DNA from: Dehalococcoidia bacterium
GTDB taxonomy: Bacteria > Chloroflexota > Dehalococcoidia > Plut-88900
NCBI GenBank assembly: GCA_965207225.1
Contig: CBDBLV010000004.1
Coordinates: 448,001-512,000 of the forward strand
Direction of reading: 5' to 3'
Length of the DNA stretch: 64,000 bases
Part shown: piece by piece, positions 29,280-38,951 of the stretch
Position numbering within the stretch: position 1 is the first letter of the stretch
How the letters are laid out: every line of letters starts with the position of its first letter
The notes under the pieces: generated by a model
The model's database searches: none
What the model saw: the letters and a program-made list of their open reading frames with translations, nothing else
What the model was told of the DNA's origin: nothing
Position numbers and translations under genes: made by a program

Positions 29280-30959
29280 CTACCCGGTAATGCGAAGAGT
29301 CCTTAGCCTGTTAATCGCCGCCGCCAACTCCTGGGGACGAAAGTATGCCAGGTTCCCCGGATGGGGCCTCGACGCCAGTGCGTCCAGCCCCGACTCCCCG
29401 ATCACCCTCTCCACCTCATCGATAATCACCTTGATATCCCCACCCCCCACCCTCACCCGCGCCGCCATCGCCTGTCCGATCGCCTCCACTTGCCCGTGCT
29501 CCACCAGCTGCTCAACCGCCGTCAGATCGATGTCATTCTCTCCGTAGGTCAGGGTCTTCAACCCCCGAGGCCGCGTGTAAGAAGGCCGACGACCCTTTGC
29601 CGGGTCCAGGGACCCGGACACCGGCCTCCTCCTCAACGACGGCGAAAAACCCCCTACCCGCGCCCCTTGTCTACCCGTCGGATAAGACCGGGCCACCTCC
29701 CTGGCCTCCTCCGTTGAGTCCACCGGGACGTATTCCACCATCGATATCACCGTGTCCGCCACGTCGAAATAGTCCCCGGCCCCTCCCATCACCAGCACCG
29801 TCGATACTCCATGCTCCTCGTACATCTGCCGAACCCTGTCCAGGAAAGGCGTAATCGGCTCATGCTGCCTGGCAATCAGGGCCTCCATTCGCCGGTCCCG
29901 GATCATGAAGTTCGTCGCCGAGGAGTCCTCGTCCAGCAACAGGGTTCTACACCCCGACTCCAGCGCTTCGATGATGTTTGCCGCCTGGGATGTGGCGCCA
30001 CTCGCGTTTGGTGTACTGAACGCCCTAGTGTCCAGGCCTCCCGGCAGCCCCGAGATGAAGGGTGAAATATCCACACCAGCCACGCCCCTCCCATCTTCTG
30101 CCCTTATCTTCACCGCCGTCGGGTCCGTTACAACCAGTTCCCGACCGTCTCCAGGCACGTGGTTGTATACACCTCTTTCCAGCGCCCTCAAGAGCGTCGA
30201 CTTGCCGTGAAACCCACCCCCGACTATCAGGGTCACACCTTTCGGGACCCCCATTCCCGTCACCCGGCCTCTGTTCGGAATCGTGAACTCCGTCCGTAAA
30301 CTCTCCGGAGACTCGAACGGTATCCCCCCAACCAGGGGCCCGGGCTCCACACCGCTCTTTCTAGGTAAGATGCTCTCGTCTGCCACGAACGCTACTAACC
30401 CAGCCTCATCCAGCATCCCTCTCAACTCATCTGCGTCCTCTGCAGCCAGCACGTGGCTTGCCACTGCATTACCATCGACTCTCTCAAATAGGAGCGACGC
30501 GTGCACTGCCGCCGTTAGACGTCTGACCAGGATATCCTCCGCCTCCCGACCCAAGACCCGCCTCCCGGCCGCCGGCAATTGCACAAGGAACCGTATTTCA
30601 ACCGACTCCTCGTCCACCAGCACGGCGCTGCGCTCCAGCATCTCCTGCCCTGGCAGTGTTGCAGGTCTCATCCCCCCGTCCCGAGTCGCCACCTTCCTCA
30701 AGACCTCTATCCAGGACCTCAGCATCCAATCCCTCAATGCTATTTCTCGAGAACGGTTCTGGAAAAGTTGTTTAGGAAACCGAGCTGTTCTCTGGGGGAT
30801 CCTGACGTGCACCCGACTCGGGGATGCGTAGGGGTCCCCTTGTACGTGGTCGATGTTCAATGTGAACACGTCGAACGCGAACCGTTGGCCGCTTAACTCC
30901 TTGTAAGCGCCATAGCCCCGCCCGTCGATCTGCCTCAGTATTGCCCTGAGTCTCTCCAT
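29280..30959 (-). CDS. ABC-ATPase domain-containing protein (predicted ATPase of ABC class)
   Basis: IDHVQGDPYASPS, GGGFHGKSTLL, HVPGDGRE, LLLDEDSSATNFMIRD. Confidence 0.88.
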   Translation of the reverse strand: MERLRAILRQIDGRGYGAYKELSGQRFAFDVFTLNIDHVQGDPYASPSRVHVRIPQRTARFPKQLFQNRSREIALRDWMLRSWIEVLRKVATRDGGMRPATLPGQEMLERSAVLVDEESVEIRFLVQLPAAGRRVLGREAEDILVRRLTAAVHASLLFERVDGNAVASHVLAAEDADELRGMLDEAGLVAFVADESILPRKSGVEPGPLVGGIPFESPESLRTEFTIPNRGRVTGMGVPKGVTLIVGGGFHGKSTLLRALERGVYNHVPGDGRELVVTDPTAVKIRAEDGRGVAGVDISPFISGLPGGLDTRAFSTPNASGATSQAANIIEALESGCRTLLLDEDSSATNFMIRDRRMEALIARQHEPITPFLDRVRQMYEEHGVSTVLVMGGAGDYFDVADTVISMVEYVPVDSTEEAREVARSYPTGRQGARVGGFSPSLRRRPVSGSLDPAKGRRPSYTRPRGLKTLTYGENDIDLTAVEQLVEHGQVEAIGQAMAARVRVGGGDIKVIIDEVERVIGESGLDALASRPHPGNLAYFRPQELAAAINRLRTLRITG

Positions 30960-31077
30960 CTCTACACAATCACCCGTCTTTCATTTCCACCTAAAATGTG
31001 AGAAAACTATATCAGCCACTGAGGCGACTCCGAAAGACTGCCCCCTCCCACCAATCATCCCCCATCAAGGAGCCAAC

Positions 31078-33663
31078 ATGGAAACCGGCCCCGCCCGACA
31101 ACTCCCCAACACCGTCATCCCAGAAAAATACCGCCTTTTCCTCACCCCCGACCTTCAAGACTTCACCTTCGAGGGACATGTCGAAATTGATGTAAATGTC
31201 AATTCTGCCACCACTGAAATAGTCCTCAACGCCGCCGAACTCACCCTCCATGAGGCCTCTATCACCCAGGGCGACACCCGAATACCCGCCTCATCTATTG
31301 CCACCGACGAGGATGCCGAGACCGCTACCATCAACCTCTCATCGGAGGCCGTACCGGGCCCCGCCAACCTCACCATCTCATACCAAGGCATCCTCAACGA
31401 CCAGCTCAAGGGCTTCTATCGCAGCCGCTACCAGGATACTGAAGGCAACGAGCAGTACCTGGCCACCACTCAGTTCGAATCCACCGACGCCCGTCGGGCC
31501 CTCCCTTGCTGGGACGAGCCTGCCCTTAAGGCAACATTCCAGGTCTCTATGACCGTTCCTTCCCACCTCACCGCCGTCTCCAACACCCCGGTTATCGACG
31601 AGTCCGACGCCGGCAATGACCTCAAGACCATCCATTTCGCCGAGACGCCTCGCATGTCCACCTATCTCCTCGCCTTCGTCGTCGGGGACCTGGCCTGCGT
31701 CGAAGAGACGGCGCCCAACGGCACCCTGATGCGTGTCTTCGCCACCCGGGGCAACGAGCACCTCGGCCGGTTCGCCCTAGACACCGCTCTCCGGCTCCTT
31801 GAGTACTACAACGACTACTTCGGCATCCCCTATCCCCTCGAAAAGCTCGACCACTTCGCCATCCCCGACTTCGCAGCCGGCGCTATGGAGAACTGGGGTG
31901 CCATCACCTACCGGGAGGTGGCCCTGCTATTCGATCCCGAAAACTCCGCCGCCCCGACCCGGCAGCGCATCGTCGAGATTATCGCCCACGAAATGGCCCA
32001 CATGTGGTTCGGTGACCTGGTAACCATGGAATGGTGGGACGACCTCTGGCTTAACGAAAGCTTCGCCTCCTGGATGGGCAACAAGGCCACCGACGCCCTC
32101 TTCCCCGAGTGGTCCATGTGGACCCAGTTTCTTTACCAGGATGTCGGCGAGGGGCTCCGCATCGACGCTCTCCGCAACTCCCACCCCATCGAGGCCAACG
32201 TCAAGGACCCCGGAGAAATCCGCGAAATCTTCGACGCCATTTCCTACAACAAGGGCGCCTCCATCCTTTGGATGCTGGAGCAGTACCTTGGCGAGGACAC
32301 CTTCCGAGACGGGCTCCGTGTTTACCTATCCCGACACAAGTACGGCAACGCCCAGGGCGCAGATCTTTGGCGGGCTATGGAAGAGGAGTCAGGGCGGCCC
32401 GTCATATCCCTCATGGACTCCTGGATAAAGCAGACCGGCTTCCCCGCCCTCACCGTCGATCCCTCCCCCGACGGCTCATCTCTAATCTTGACCCAGAAGC
32501 GCTTTCTCTATGACCAGCTGCTGGGTGAAGACTCCGGAGATACCACCTGGAAGGTCCCCGTCAGTATCGCCCGCTCCGACGGCTCCTCTACTCCCCCCAC
32601 CCTGATGGAGAGCCCTAACCTGACCATTCCCGTCGGCACTGATCAAGCCTGGACGAAGGTTAACCCCGGCCAAAATGGATTCTACCGAGTCCGCTATGCC
32701 CCCGACATGCTGCCTCCCCTCCTCTCCGCCGCTTCCTCCTTCGAACTTCCCCCCACCGACCGCCTCGGACTCCAGTCCGACCTCTTCGCCTTGGTCCGCG
32801 CTGGGATGGAACCCGCTACCCGCTATCTTGACTTAGTCGGTGCATACAGAGGTGAGACGGACGCCACGGTCTGGACCGACCTCTCCACCAACCTCCGCGA
32901 ACTGGAAGTCCTCCTCGCCGATAACCCCAGCTTGGACCAGTTACGCTCCTTCAACAAGACTGTCTACGAAAACATAGTTGACAGGCTGGGATGGGAAGAG
33001 TCCTCCGGAGAAGGCCACCTCGACGCCCTGCTCCGCACGACTGTGTTGGCGAGAGCGGGAGGGCTCGGCAACGACGCCGTTCTTGAAGAAGCCCGTGACC
33101 GATTCCAGCGCTATCTCCAGGACCCTGCATCCCTCCGCCCCGACATCCGAGGAGTCGCCTACTCCCTCGTAGCCCTTGATGCCGACCGGGACCTCTACGA
33201 GACCCTCTGGGACCTCGAAGACAAGGCCACCCTCCAGGAAGAAAAACGTCGCCTGTTGGGTGCCGTCTCCCGCCTCCGGGACCCGGGCCTCCTGCAGGAG
33301 ACCCTCGAACGCTCCCTGTCGGATAGGGTTCGCGCACAGGACGCGCCCCTGGTCATAATCAGCGTCGCCGCTAACCGCTTCGGCCGAGACCTGGCCTGGG
33401 ACTTCGTCAAGGACAACTGGGCTGAATTCGACCGCCGCTACGGCAAGGGCGGTTTCATGATAATGCGCTTGGTGTCAATCACCGAGACCTTCACAACCAT
33501 CGAAAGGGCCGATGAAGTGGAGGGCTTTTTCCAGGCCAATCCCGTTGCCGGAGCCCAACGCACCGTCCAGCAAGCTCTGGAGAGCATCCGTCTCAACGCC
33601 CGCTGGCTGGAGCTCAACTCCGACCCCGTATCCGCTTGGCTGAACGCTCACCCTTCAGCCTGA
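31078..33663 (+). CDS. M1 family aminopeptidase with ERAP1-like C-terminal domain
   Basis: GAMENWG, HEMAH...WLNE zinc motif, FDAISYNKG. Confidence 0.95.
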   Translation: METGPARQLPNTVIPEKYRLFLTPDLQDFTFEGHVEIDVNVNSATTEIVLNAAELTLHEASITQGDTRIPASSIATDEDAETATINLSSEAVPGPANLTISYQGILNDQLKGFYRSRYQDTEGNEQYLATTQFESTDARRALPCWDEPALKATFQVSMTVPSHLTAVSNTPVIDESDAGNDLKTIHFAETPRMSTYLLAFVVGDLACVEETAPNGTLMRVFATRGNEHLGRFALDTALRLLEYYNDYFGIPYPLEKLDHFAIPDFAAGAMENWGAITYREVALLFDPENSAAPTRQRIVEIIAHEMAHMWFGDLVTMEWWDDLWLNESFASWMGNKATDALFPEWSMWTQFLYQDVGEGLRIDALRNSHPIEANVKDPGEIREIFDAISYNKGASILWMLEQYLGEDTFRDGLRVYLSRHKYGNAQGADLWRAMEEESGRPVISLMDSWIKQTGFPALTVDPSPDGSSLILTQKRFLYDQLLGEDSGDTTWKVPVSIARSDGSSTPPTLMESPNLTIPVGTDQAWTKVNPGQNGFYRVRYAPDMLPPLLSAASSFELPPTDRLGLQSDLFALVRAGMEPATRYLDLVGAYRGETDATVWTDLSTNLRELEVLLADNPSLDQLRSFNKTVYENIVDRLGWEESSGEGHLDALLRTTVLARAGGLGNDAVLEEARDRFQRYLQDPASLRPDIRGVAYSLVALDADRDLYETLWDLEDKATLQEEKRRLLGAVSRLRDPGLLQETLERSLSDRVRAQDAPLVIISVAANRFGRDLAWDFVKDNWAEFDRRYGKGGFMIMRLVSITETFTTIERADEVEGFFQANPVAGAQRTVQQALESIRLNARWLELNSDPVSAWLNAHPSA

Positions 33664-33690
33664 ACGCCCTCTCCCCTCGATCGAAAGATG

Positions 33691-33722
33691 AGGGGACTGC
33701 CTCAAGCGGCAGTCCCCTTTTC
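33691..33722 (+). terminator. intrinsic terminator between convergent genes
   Basis: AGGGGACTGCC-TCAAGC-GGCAGTCCCCT followed by a T run. Confidence 0.7.
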
Positions 33723-33761
33723 TCATTTAGTGGAGAAGGCTATAGAGAGGCGGCTTTTCTC

Positions 33762-34739
33762 CTACAGCACTTCCTTCAGCCCCGACTCCAGCTCATCCAA
33801 CGACGCGTACCCCTCGTATTTGGCGGTTATCAGTCCGTCTGAATCGATAATGAAGACCCAACTCTCATTCAGGTAGTCTTCGGATTTCGTCAGGCCCCAC
33901 TCCACCACCACCGGTGAGTAGATGCCCATGTCCAAGCTCGACTGGATTTCAATCGGGTTGTCGTAGATTTCTACGTGGATGAAGTTGGCCTGGTCCGCAT
34001 ACAGGTTCTTGAGCTCCGTAACAGTGTCGACCTGTGGTCCGCAGGTCGGGGAGGTGCAGAACCCGGGGCTCGACATCACCACCACCAACGGCATCCCCGA
34101 CTCCAAAGCCTCCGGTATGGTCGTCTGGTAAAGGTCCAGGTCCGCCCTCGGCCAGGTCGTTATTTCCGTCAACCCTGTTTCATCAGTAGCCGTCTTGTTC
34201 ACCGTCAAAGGCGGCGCTGAGCCAATGGCCGGAGTGTAACTATCCTCCTTGACTTCAACATCCATTACCGCGGAGGCGAGGGTCTCCTCGCCCCGTGCTA
34301 TCACTGCTTCTATCTGCCATGCTCCGGGCCTGTCGAACGTCAACTCGGAAACGTAGTTGCCCCTCGTCCCGAAGGGCCAGAGGTGGAACCTGCCACTTGC
34401 CCTTTCGACTTCTTCTCCCCCAAACAGGGTTCGCACTTGGATCTGGGGCAGCGACACCAACCCCTCCGAGGTCTGCAGCACGAAGGAGACCCTGTTGGCG
34501 CCCACCCCTAGGTCCTTAGTCCCCAGCAAGCCCTCAAGGTCTGGGAACGAGGCTACGCCCATTGCGACGGGCGTTTCTCCCGGCTCCGCGGCAGGTTCGT
34601 CTCTGGCCTCTTCGGCCGGTGCCTGGGTCGCTTCGGCGGTCGGGGCCGCCGTGGGGGGTGTCTCTCCTCCGCCGCACGCCATGAGTATTAGCAAGCCCGC
34701 GATCAGAACAAGGACAACGACGGCACTTCGCAGGCGCAT
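33762..34739 (-). CDS. putative lipoprotein with thioredoxin-like C-terminal domain
   Basis: Signal/lipobox LMAC, low-complexity linker, SPGFCTSPTCGP, NFIHVEIY. Confidence 0.7.
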   Translation of the reverse strand: MRLRSAVVVLVLIAGLLILMACGGGETPPTAAPTAEATQAPAEEARDEPAAEPGETPVAMGVASFPDLEGLLGTKDLGVGANRVSFVLQTSEGLVSLPQIQVRTLFGGEEVERASGRFHLWPFGTRGNYVSELTFDRPGAWQIEAVIARGEETLASAVMDVEVKEDSYTPAIGSAPPLTVNKTATDETGLTEITTWPRADLDLYQTTIPEALESGMPLVVVMSSPGFCTSPTCGPQVDTVTELKNLYADQANFIHVEIYDNPIEIQSSLDMGIYSPVVVEWGLTKSEDYLNESWVFIIDSDGLITAKYEGYASLDELESGLKEVL

Positions 34740-34758
34740 TCGACTCCTCCTCCCCTGC

Positions 34759-36030
34759 CTAGAACCCCGTCGAGTACGACCCGAAGGTGAAGGCGTAAAC
34801 ATTGAAGTCCTCCGAATTGGAGCTGAGCTTGAGTTCGTGGCTGCCGTAGGCGGGCAGACGGATTAGCCGGTACATGCGGGGTTCGTCCACCGTTATTACC
34901 GTCATGTCCTGTCCGTTCAGCTGCAGGTCGTCACCCCAGGCGTCCATGGGCACCGGCTGGTCGTCCAGTGTAATCACCACGTCGTACGGGTCCACGTCCT
35001 CAGAATTGATAACTACGTTCACTGAAGTCCCGAAGAACTTCAGTGCAATGTAGTCTTCCAGGTTCTCCGTCTGCCTGTCGTGCTCGATGCTCTCCGGTCC
35101 GTTCACCCACACCCCTTCCAGGTACAGGAAGTGGTTTGTGTGGTTGCCAGGGTCCGAATACACCGCCGACGTATTCAATGGCGTGAAATAGTATTCATTG
35201 TTGCCGTGATACGGAATCTGTGCTCCCAGGTTCCTGTGCGTGCCCGCATACAACTCCCGGGTCTGAAGCACCCGGCCCTCTTCATCGTAAGCCCCCTCAT
35301 CCAGCCTGGGGCCCGTGTCCACATTCACCTGGATGTCTGAAACATCCGACCCGATCTCCTCGAGCAGCATTCGGATCCATTCCTCGGTCTCATCGTAGCG
35401 CCCCTCTCCAAAGTGCCTGTATCGGATTACGCCGTCCTGGTCGATCAGGTATTTGGCCGGCCAGTACCGGTTGTTGTAAGACCGCCACGTCCTGAAGTCG
35501 TTGTCCTGCGCCATCCTCCAGCCGAGCCCATGCTGCTCCACCGCCGCGACCACGTTGTCGTAGTCCTTTTCAAACTCAAACTCCGGCGTGTGTATCCCAA
35601 CAATGTTCAGCCCAAGGTCGTCATACTTTTCATGCCAGTCCTTCAGGTAGGGCAGCGTTCGCAGACAGTTGACGCATGTATATGTCCAGAAGTCCACCAG
35701 AACCACCTCTCCCCGCAGACTCCCAAGGGTGAACTCGTCCGTGTTTATCCATCCGGATATTCCCGAAAGATCCGGCGCTATGCTCCCGACTTCCCCCGCT
35801 ACTTCTGAATACACCTTCGACGTGGCCGTAGGCACGGGCCCCGAGGGCGTTGCCGTAGGATCGGCGGCTGCCGTGGAATCCGATGTCTGCTGTTCGCCTG
35901 TCGAGACAGTCTCCCCTTCGCCGGATGTTTCACTGGCATCTCCTCCGCATGCTGCAATCGTCAGCACGGTAAAGAGCAGCACCGTAACCAGCGCAAGGCC
36001 CATTTTCCTCAACCGGAATTGTCTCTTCAT
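34759..36030 (-). CDS. redoxin lipoprotein with DipZ-like thioredoxin and C-terminal domain
   Basis: Lipobox IAAC, VDFWTYTCVNC, GIHTPEFEFEK, YWPAKYLID, YAFTFG. Confidence 0.85.
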   Translation of the reverse strand: MKRQFRLRKMGLALVTVLLFTVLTIAACGGDASETSGEGETVSTGEQQTSDSTAAADPTATPSGPVPTATSKVYSEVAGEVGSIAPDLSGISGWINTDEFTLGSLRGEVVLVDFWTYTCVNCLRTLPYLKDWHEKYDDLGLNIVGIHTPEFEFEKDYDNVVAAVEQHGLGWRMAQDNDFRTWRSYNNRYWPAKYLIDQDGVIRYRHFGEGRYDETEEWIRMLLEEIGSDVSDIQVNVDTGPRLDEGAYDEEGRVLQTRELYAGTHRNLGAQIPYHGNNEYYFTPLNTSAVYSDPGNHTNHFLYLEGVWVNGPESIEHDRQTENLEDYIALKFFGTSVNVVINSEDVDPYDVVITLDDQPVPMDAWGDDLQLNGQDMTVITVDEPRMYRLIRLPAYGSHELKLSSNSEDFNVYAFTFGSYSTGF

Positions 36031-36144
36031 CTCGATCCTTTCATTTACTCACCGTGTCCTAAATACACAAATGAGCAGCCAATTGTCTTCCCTAGTGGTT
36101 AACGTATAAATCTTCCAAAGGTAATGCACACGTCAGTCGTTACA

Positions 36145-37449
36145 TCAATTTTGCCATATTACTCCCGCTATTGAGACCAATGACCCTCCCATCGGGTCAG
36201 CCGGGCACTGATCATACGCCGTGACCGAACCCGATACCTCGTTTCCAAGTGTCCTGAGTGCCAGGTAGATCGGCGTTAATCCGCAGACCCGCCTCTGGTC
36301 CCTCTCCAACCTCATCCCGTCCAGGAATCTCTCCGCGTCACCTTTGCAGATTGCCTCTAACGACAATTCGTCTGCCCTTTTCAGCGCAGCCCTTTCGTTT
36401 CCACCCCACGGCCTCGGGTCCCCGAAGGCCGGGCCTACGTGTGCTAGGTCCCCCGCCGCCACCACCAGCGTCCTCCGACTCTCCGTCACCCTCCTCAACT
36501 CAGCCGCGACGAAGTCGAGCCTTCTACCTCCCTCTCCATCCCCACCTCCGTGCACGTAGCTCCCTATGTGCCCGCAAAGTATCGGTAGGACCCGGGGCCT
36601 GTCCCCGTTACGACCCACCTTCCTCACGAGGTAGTGCAGCCACACCAGCGCTAGCTCCACGGAATGCTCCCTGATATGGTGCTCCTCCTCTCCAAACGCT
36701 GATTCCCCACCCAACCCTGCCACCAGGGAATCTACCAGTTCCCTGTCCGTCGGGAGTGGGCCCCAAGGGGTCGCATAGCTCTGCAGTGTAGGCGTGATCT
36801 TGCAGTCTCCCCCGGCGTGGTCTGTGCCCAGGATTATCGCCAGTTCGCACTCCCGGGCGGCTTCTTCAAGATACCGCCACGTCCTCGCATAGCTACGATG
36901 TCCCCGCTGGTAGTCGATATGCGGACTCAACACCCCCACTACACTTCCGGTCTCCTCTACCTTGATCAAAGAAGGTTGGGGTGAGGGCAAAGGTGAGATT
37001 GCATCTTCCCCCACTTCCTTCATGTACCCGTCCAGCAGACTCTCTAATGCTTCCGGGTCTGCGGGGTAGCTCGGCCCTGCCAATGCAGGCTTCCTGTAAG
37101 GCAATCCGCGGTACTCCTCCAACGCCTTCCCCCGAGCCTCTTCAAACCGAGGCCCCTCCAGCAGCAAAGCCTCGTCCAGCCGCAGAAAAAACGAATCGAC
37201 CTGCTCTTGGGTAACCGAGAGGCCGTGCATCAGCGTGGCCGCCGCCCGGATGCTCCCCAGGTCCCTTTGCCCGTCGCTCAATGCCAATAGGGGAATCAAT
37301 TGCACGGACGCGAGCAGTTCCTCGCCAGAAAGTGACATCGGGTCCCGCAAATGCAAGTAGTCCCGACCCCCCTGCCTCACCCTTTTGATATCCAGTGCCC
37401 TGAGCTTGGGGCGCATCTTTTGATCACTCATAGCTTCCCAAAATACCAC
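36145..37449 (-). CDS. AmmeMemoRadiSam system protein B (MEMO1 family)
   Basis: PHIDYQRG, LGTDH, EHSVE, GDLAHVGPAFGD, VCG. Confidence 0.88.
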   Translation of the reverse strand: MVFWEAMSDQKMRPKLRALDIKRVRQGGRDYLHLRDPMSLSGEELLASVQLIPLLALSDGQRDLGSIRAAATLMHGLSVTQEQVDSFFLRLDEALLLEGPRFEEARGKALEEYRGLPYRKPALAGPSYPADPEALESLLDGYMKEVGEDAISPLPSPQPSLIKVEETGSVVGVLSPHIDYQRGHRSYARTWRYLEEAARECELAIILGTDHAGGDCKITPTLQSYATPWGPLPTDRELVDSLVAGLGGESAFGEEEHHIREHSVELALVWLHYLVRKVGRNGDRPRVLPILCGHIGSYVHGGGDGEGGRRLDFVAAELRRVTESRRTLVVAAGDLAHVGPAFGDPRPWGGNERAALKRADELSLEAICKGDAERFLDGMRLERDQRRVCGLTPIYLALRTLGNEVSGSVTAYDQCPADPMGGSLVSIAGVIWQN

Positions 37450-37463
37450 ACCGCTATCGATTC

Positions 37464-37871
37464 TTAATTCTGGTCACGTTCCTCTTGATTTTTCATTTTG
37501 TCTAAGGAACCCTCCCATACCCCCTCCCCGATTGTCTCAAGCCACGAGACTATCCCCGACAATTTCTTGTAGGCCTCCAGCCTCGCCCCGTCCTCCCCAG
37601 AGCCCTCCGCCTCCTTCACAATCGCCGCCATCTGCTTCACCACCCGAGGACCCAACTCCATCGCGCCCTCACTTCCAGAGGTCGCCCACTTCACCAGCAC
37701 GTAACGGGCGATTACTCCCACGGGTAGACCCAGGTTCCGGCTCATGCCTTCCAGCGTCGGCATAGGGTCGATTCGACTGTACAAAGCTACATCCTGCTTG
37801 AAGTTAGCGTCGGGATCGTCTTCCTCTATTGGGTCTTCGAAGATTTCCAGGCTAACGATAGGACATTTCAT
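37464..37871 (-). CDS. conserved hypothetical protein (DUF6027-like)
   Basis: DDPDANFK.DVALYS..DPMPTL...VG.IARYVL.KWA.SGSEG..ELGP. The family name is recalled from memory. Confidence 0.6.
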   Translation of the reverse strand: MKCPIVSLEIFEDPIEEDDPDANFKQDVALYSRIDPMPTLEGMSRNLGLPVGVIARYVLVKWATSGSEGAMELGPRVVKQMAAIVKEAEGSGEDGARLEAYKKLSGIVSWLETIGEGVWEGSLDKMKNQEERDQN

Positions 37872-37952
37872 GTCCGGATTTCCTTTCTCCTTGATCTGCG
37901 ACTCAATGATATAATGCGCCATCCTTCCCCACCCCCAGCCCTTTCTCCGTCC

Positions 37953-38945
37953 ATGACCTCCCCCGACTACAACCAGGATTCCCTGATCTTCGGCGTCGAC
38001 ATTGGCGGCACCTCTGTGCGAGCCGCCCTCGCCCATTCCCCAACTCTAATCCTCGCCAAGACCCGCCGCCCCTCCCCCGCCAACCAGCCTCCCGAGGCCA
38101 TGGTCCATGCTGTCAAAGATATATACCACCACCTCCTTTCAGAGGTTGGAGCCAAGACTGCCAGCGCCGTCGGAGTCTCTTCTCCAGGGCCCGTGGACAC
38201 CGTAGCAGGTACTCTGGTAGACCCCCCAAATTTACCGTTATACGAAACAGTCCCCCTGAGAGACATGCTGCAGGAATCGCTTGGCCCGCCCGTGGCCCTT
38301 GAAAACGACGCCAACGCCGCCGCCATCGCCGAACACCGGGTTGGTCAAGGCAAGGACACGCTGCATTTGGCCTATGTCACCTTGAGCACGGGAATCGGCG
38401 CAGGAATCATATCCGACGGTCGACCCGTTCGCGGCGCTCGTGGTGCGGCAGGAGAGGTCGGGCACATCAAGCTCATGGTCGATGGACCCCAGTGCGGCTG
38501 CGGTCAAAGGGGGTGCTGGGAAGCTCTTGCATCCGGTTCTGCGATGCAAAAGGAGGCCCTCCGTTTTGTCGGAGAAGGTCATCAGACTTCCCTGTCCAGC
38601 CTTGAACCCTCCGAAATCGACGCCCAGGCCATCTTCCACGCCGCCCGGTCCGGCGACTCCCTCGCCAACCGCATCTTGGACAAAGCTGCCTACTTCACCG
38701 GCATCGGCCTCGCTGCCATCGTCGACGTCCTAAACCCCGAGATAGTGGTAGTCGGGGGCGGCCTCACTCAAATGGGCCCCCGACTCCTGGACCCCGCCTT
38801 CAAAACTTGCCGTGAACACATCTTTCCGCTCCACGAAAGATTTCTTCGATTGGAGGTCAGCAACCTCGGTGACGATGTATCATTGGTCGGGGCCCTCGTC
38901 CTTGCAGAAGAACTTGCTCGCCATTCACGCGGCGTTGAGGAGTAA
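37953..38945 (+). CDS. ROK family sugar kinase
   Basis: GVDIGGT, ENDANAAA, STGIGAG, GEVGH, CGCGQRGCWE. Confidence 0.92.
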   Translation: MTSPDYNQDSLIFGVDIGGTSVRAALAHSPTLILAKTRRPSPANQPPEAMVHAVKDIYHHLLSEVGAKTASAVGVSSPGPVDTVAGTLVDPPNLPLYETVPLRDMLQESLGPPVALENDANAAAIAEHRVGQGKDTLHLAYVTLSTGIGAGIISDGRPVRGARGAAGEVGHIKLMVDGPQCGCGQRGCWEALASGSAMQKEALRFVGEGHQTSLSSLEPSEIDAQAIFHAARSGDSLANRILDKAAYFTGIGLAAIVDVLNPEIVVVGGGLTQMGPRLLDPAFKTCREHIFPLHERFLRLEVSNLGDDVSLVGALVLAEELARHSRGVEE

Positions 38946-38951
38946 TCAATC

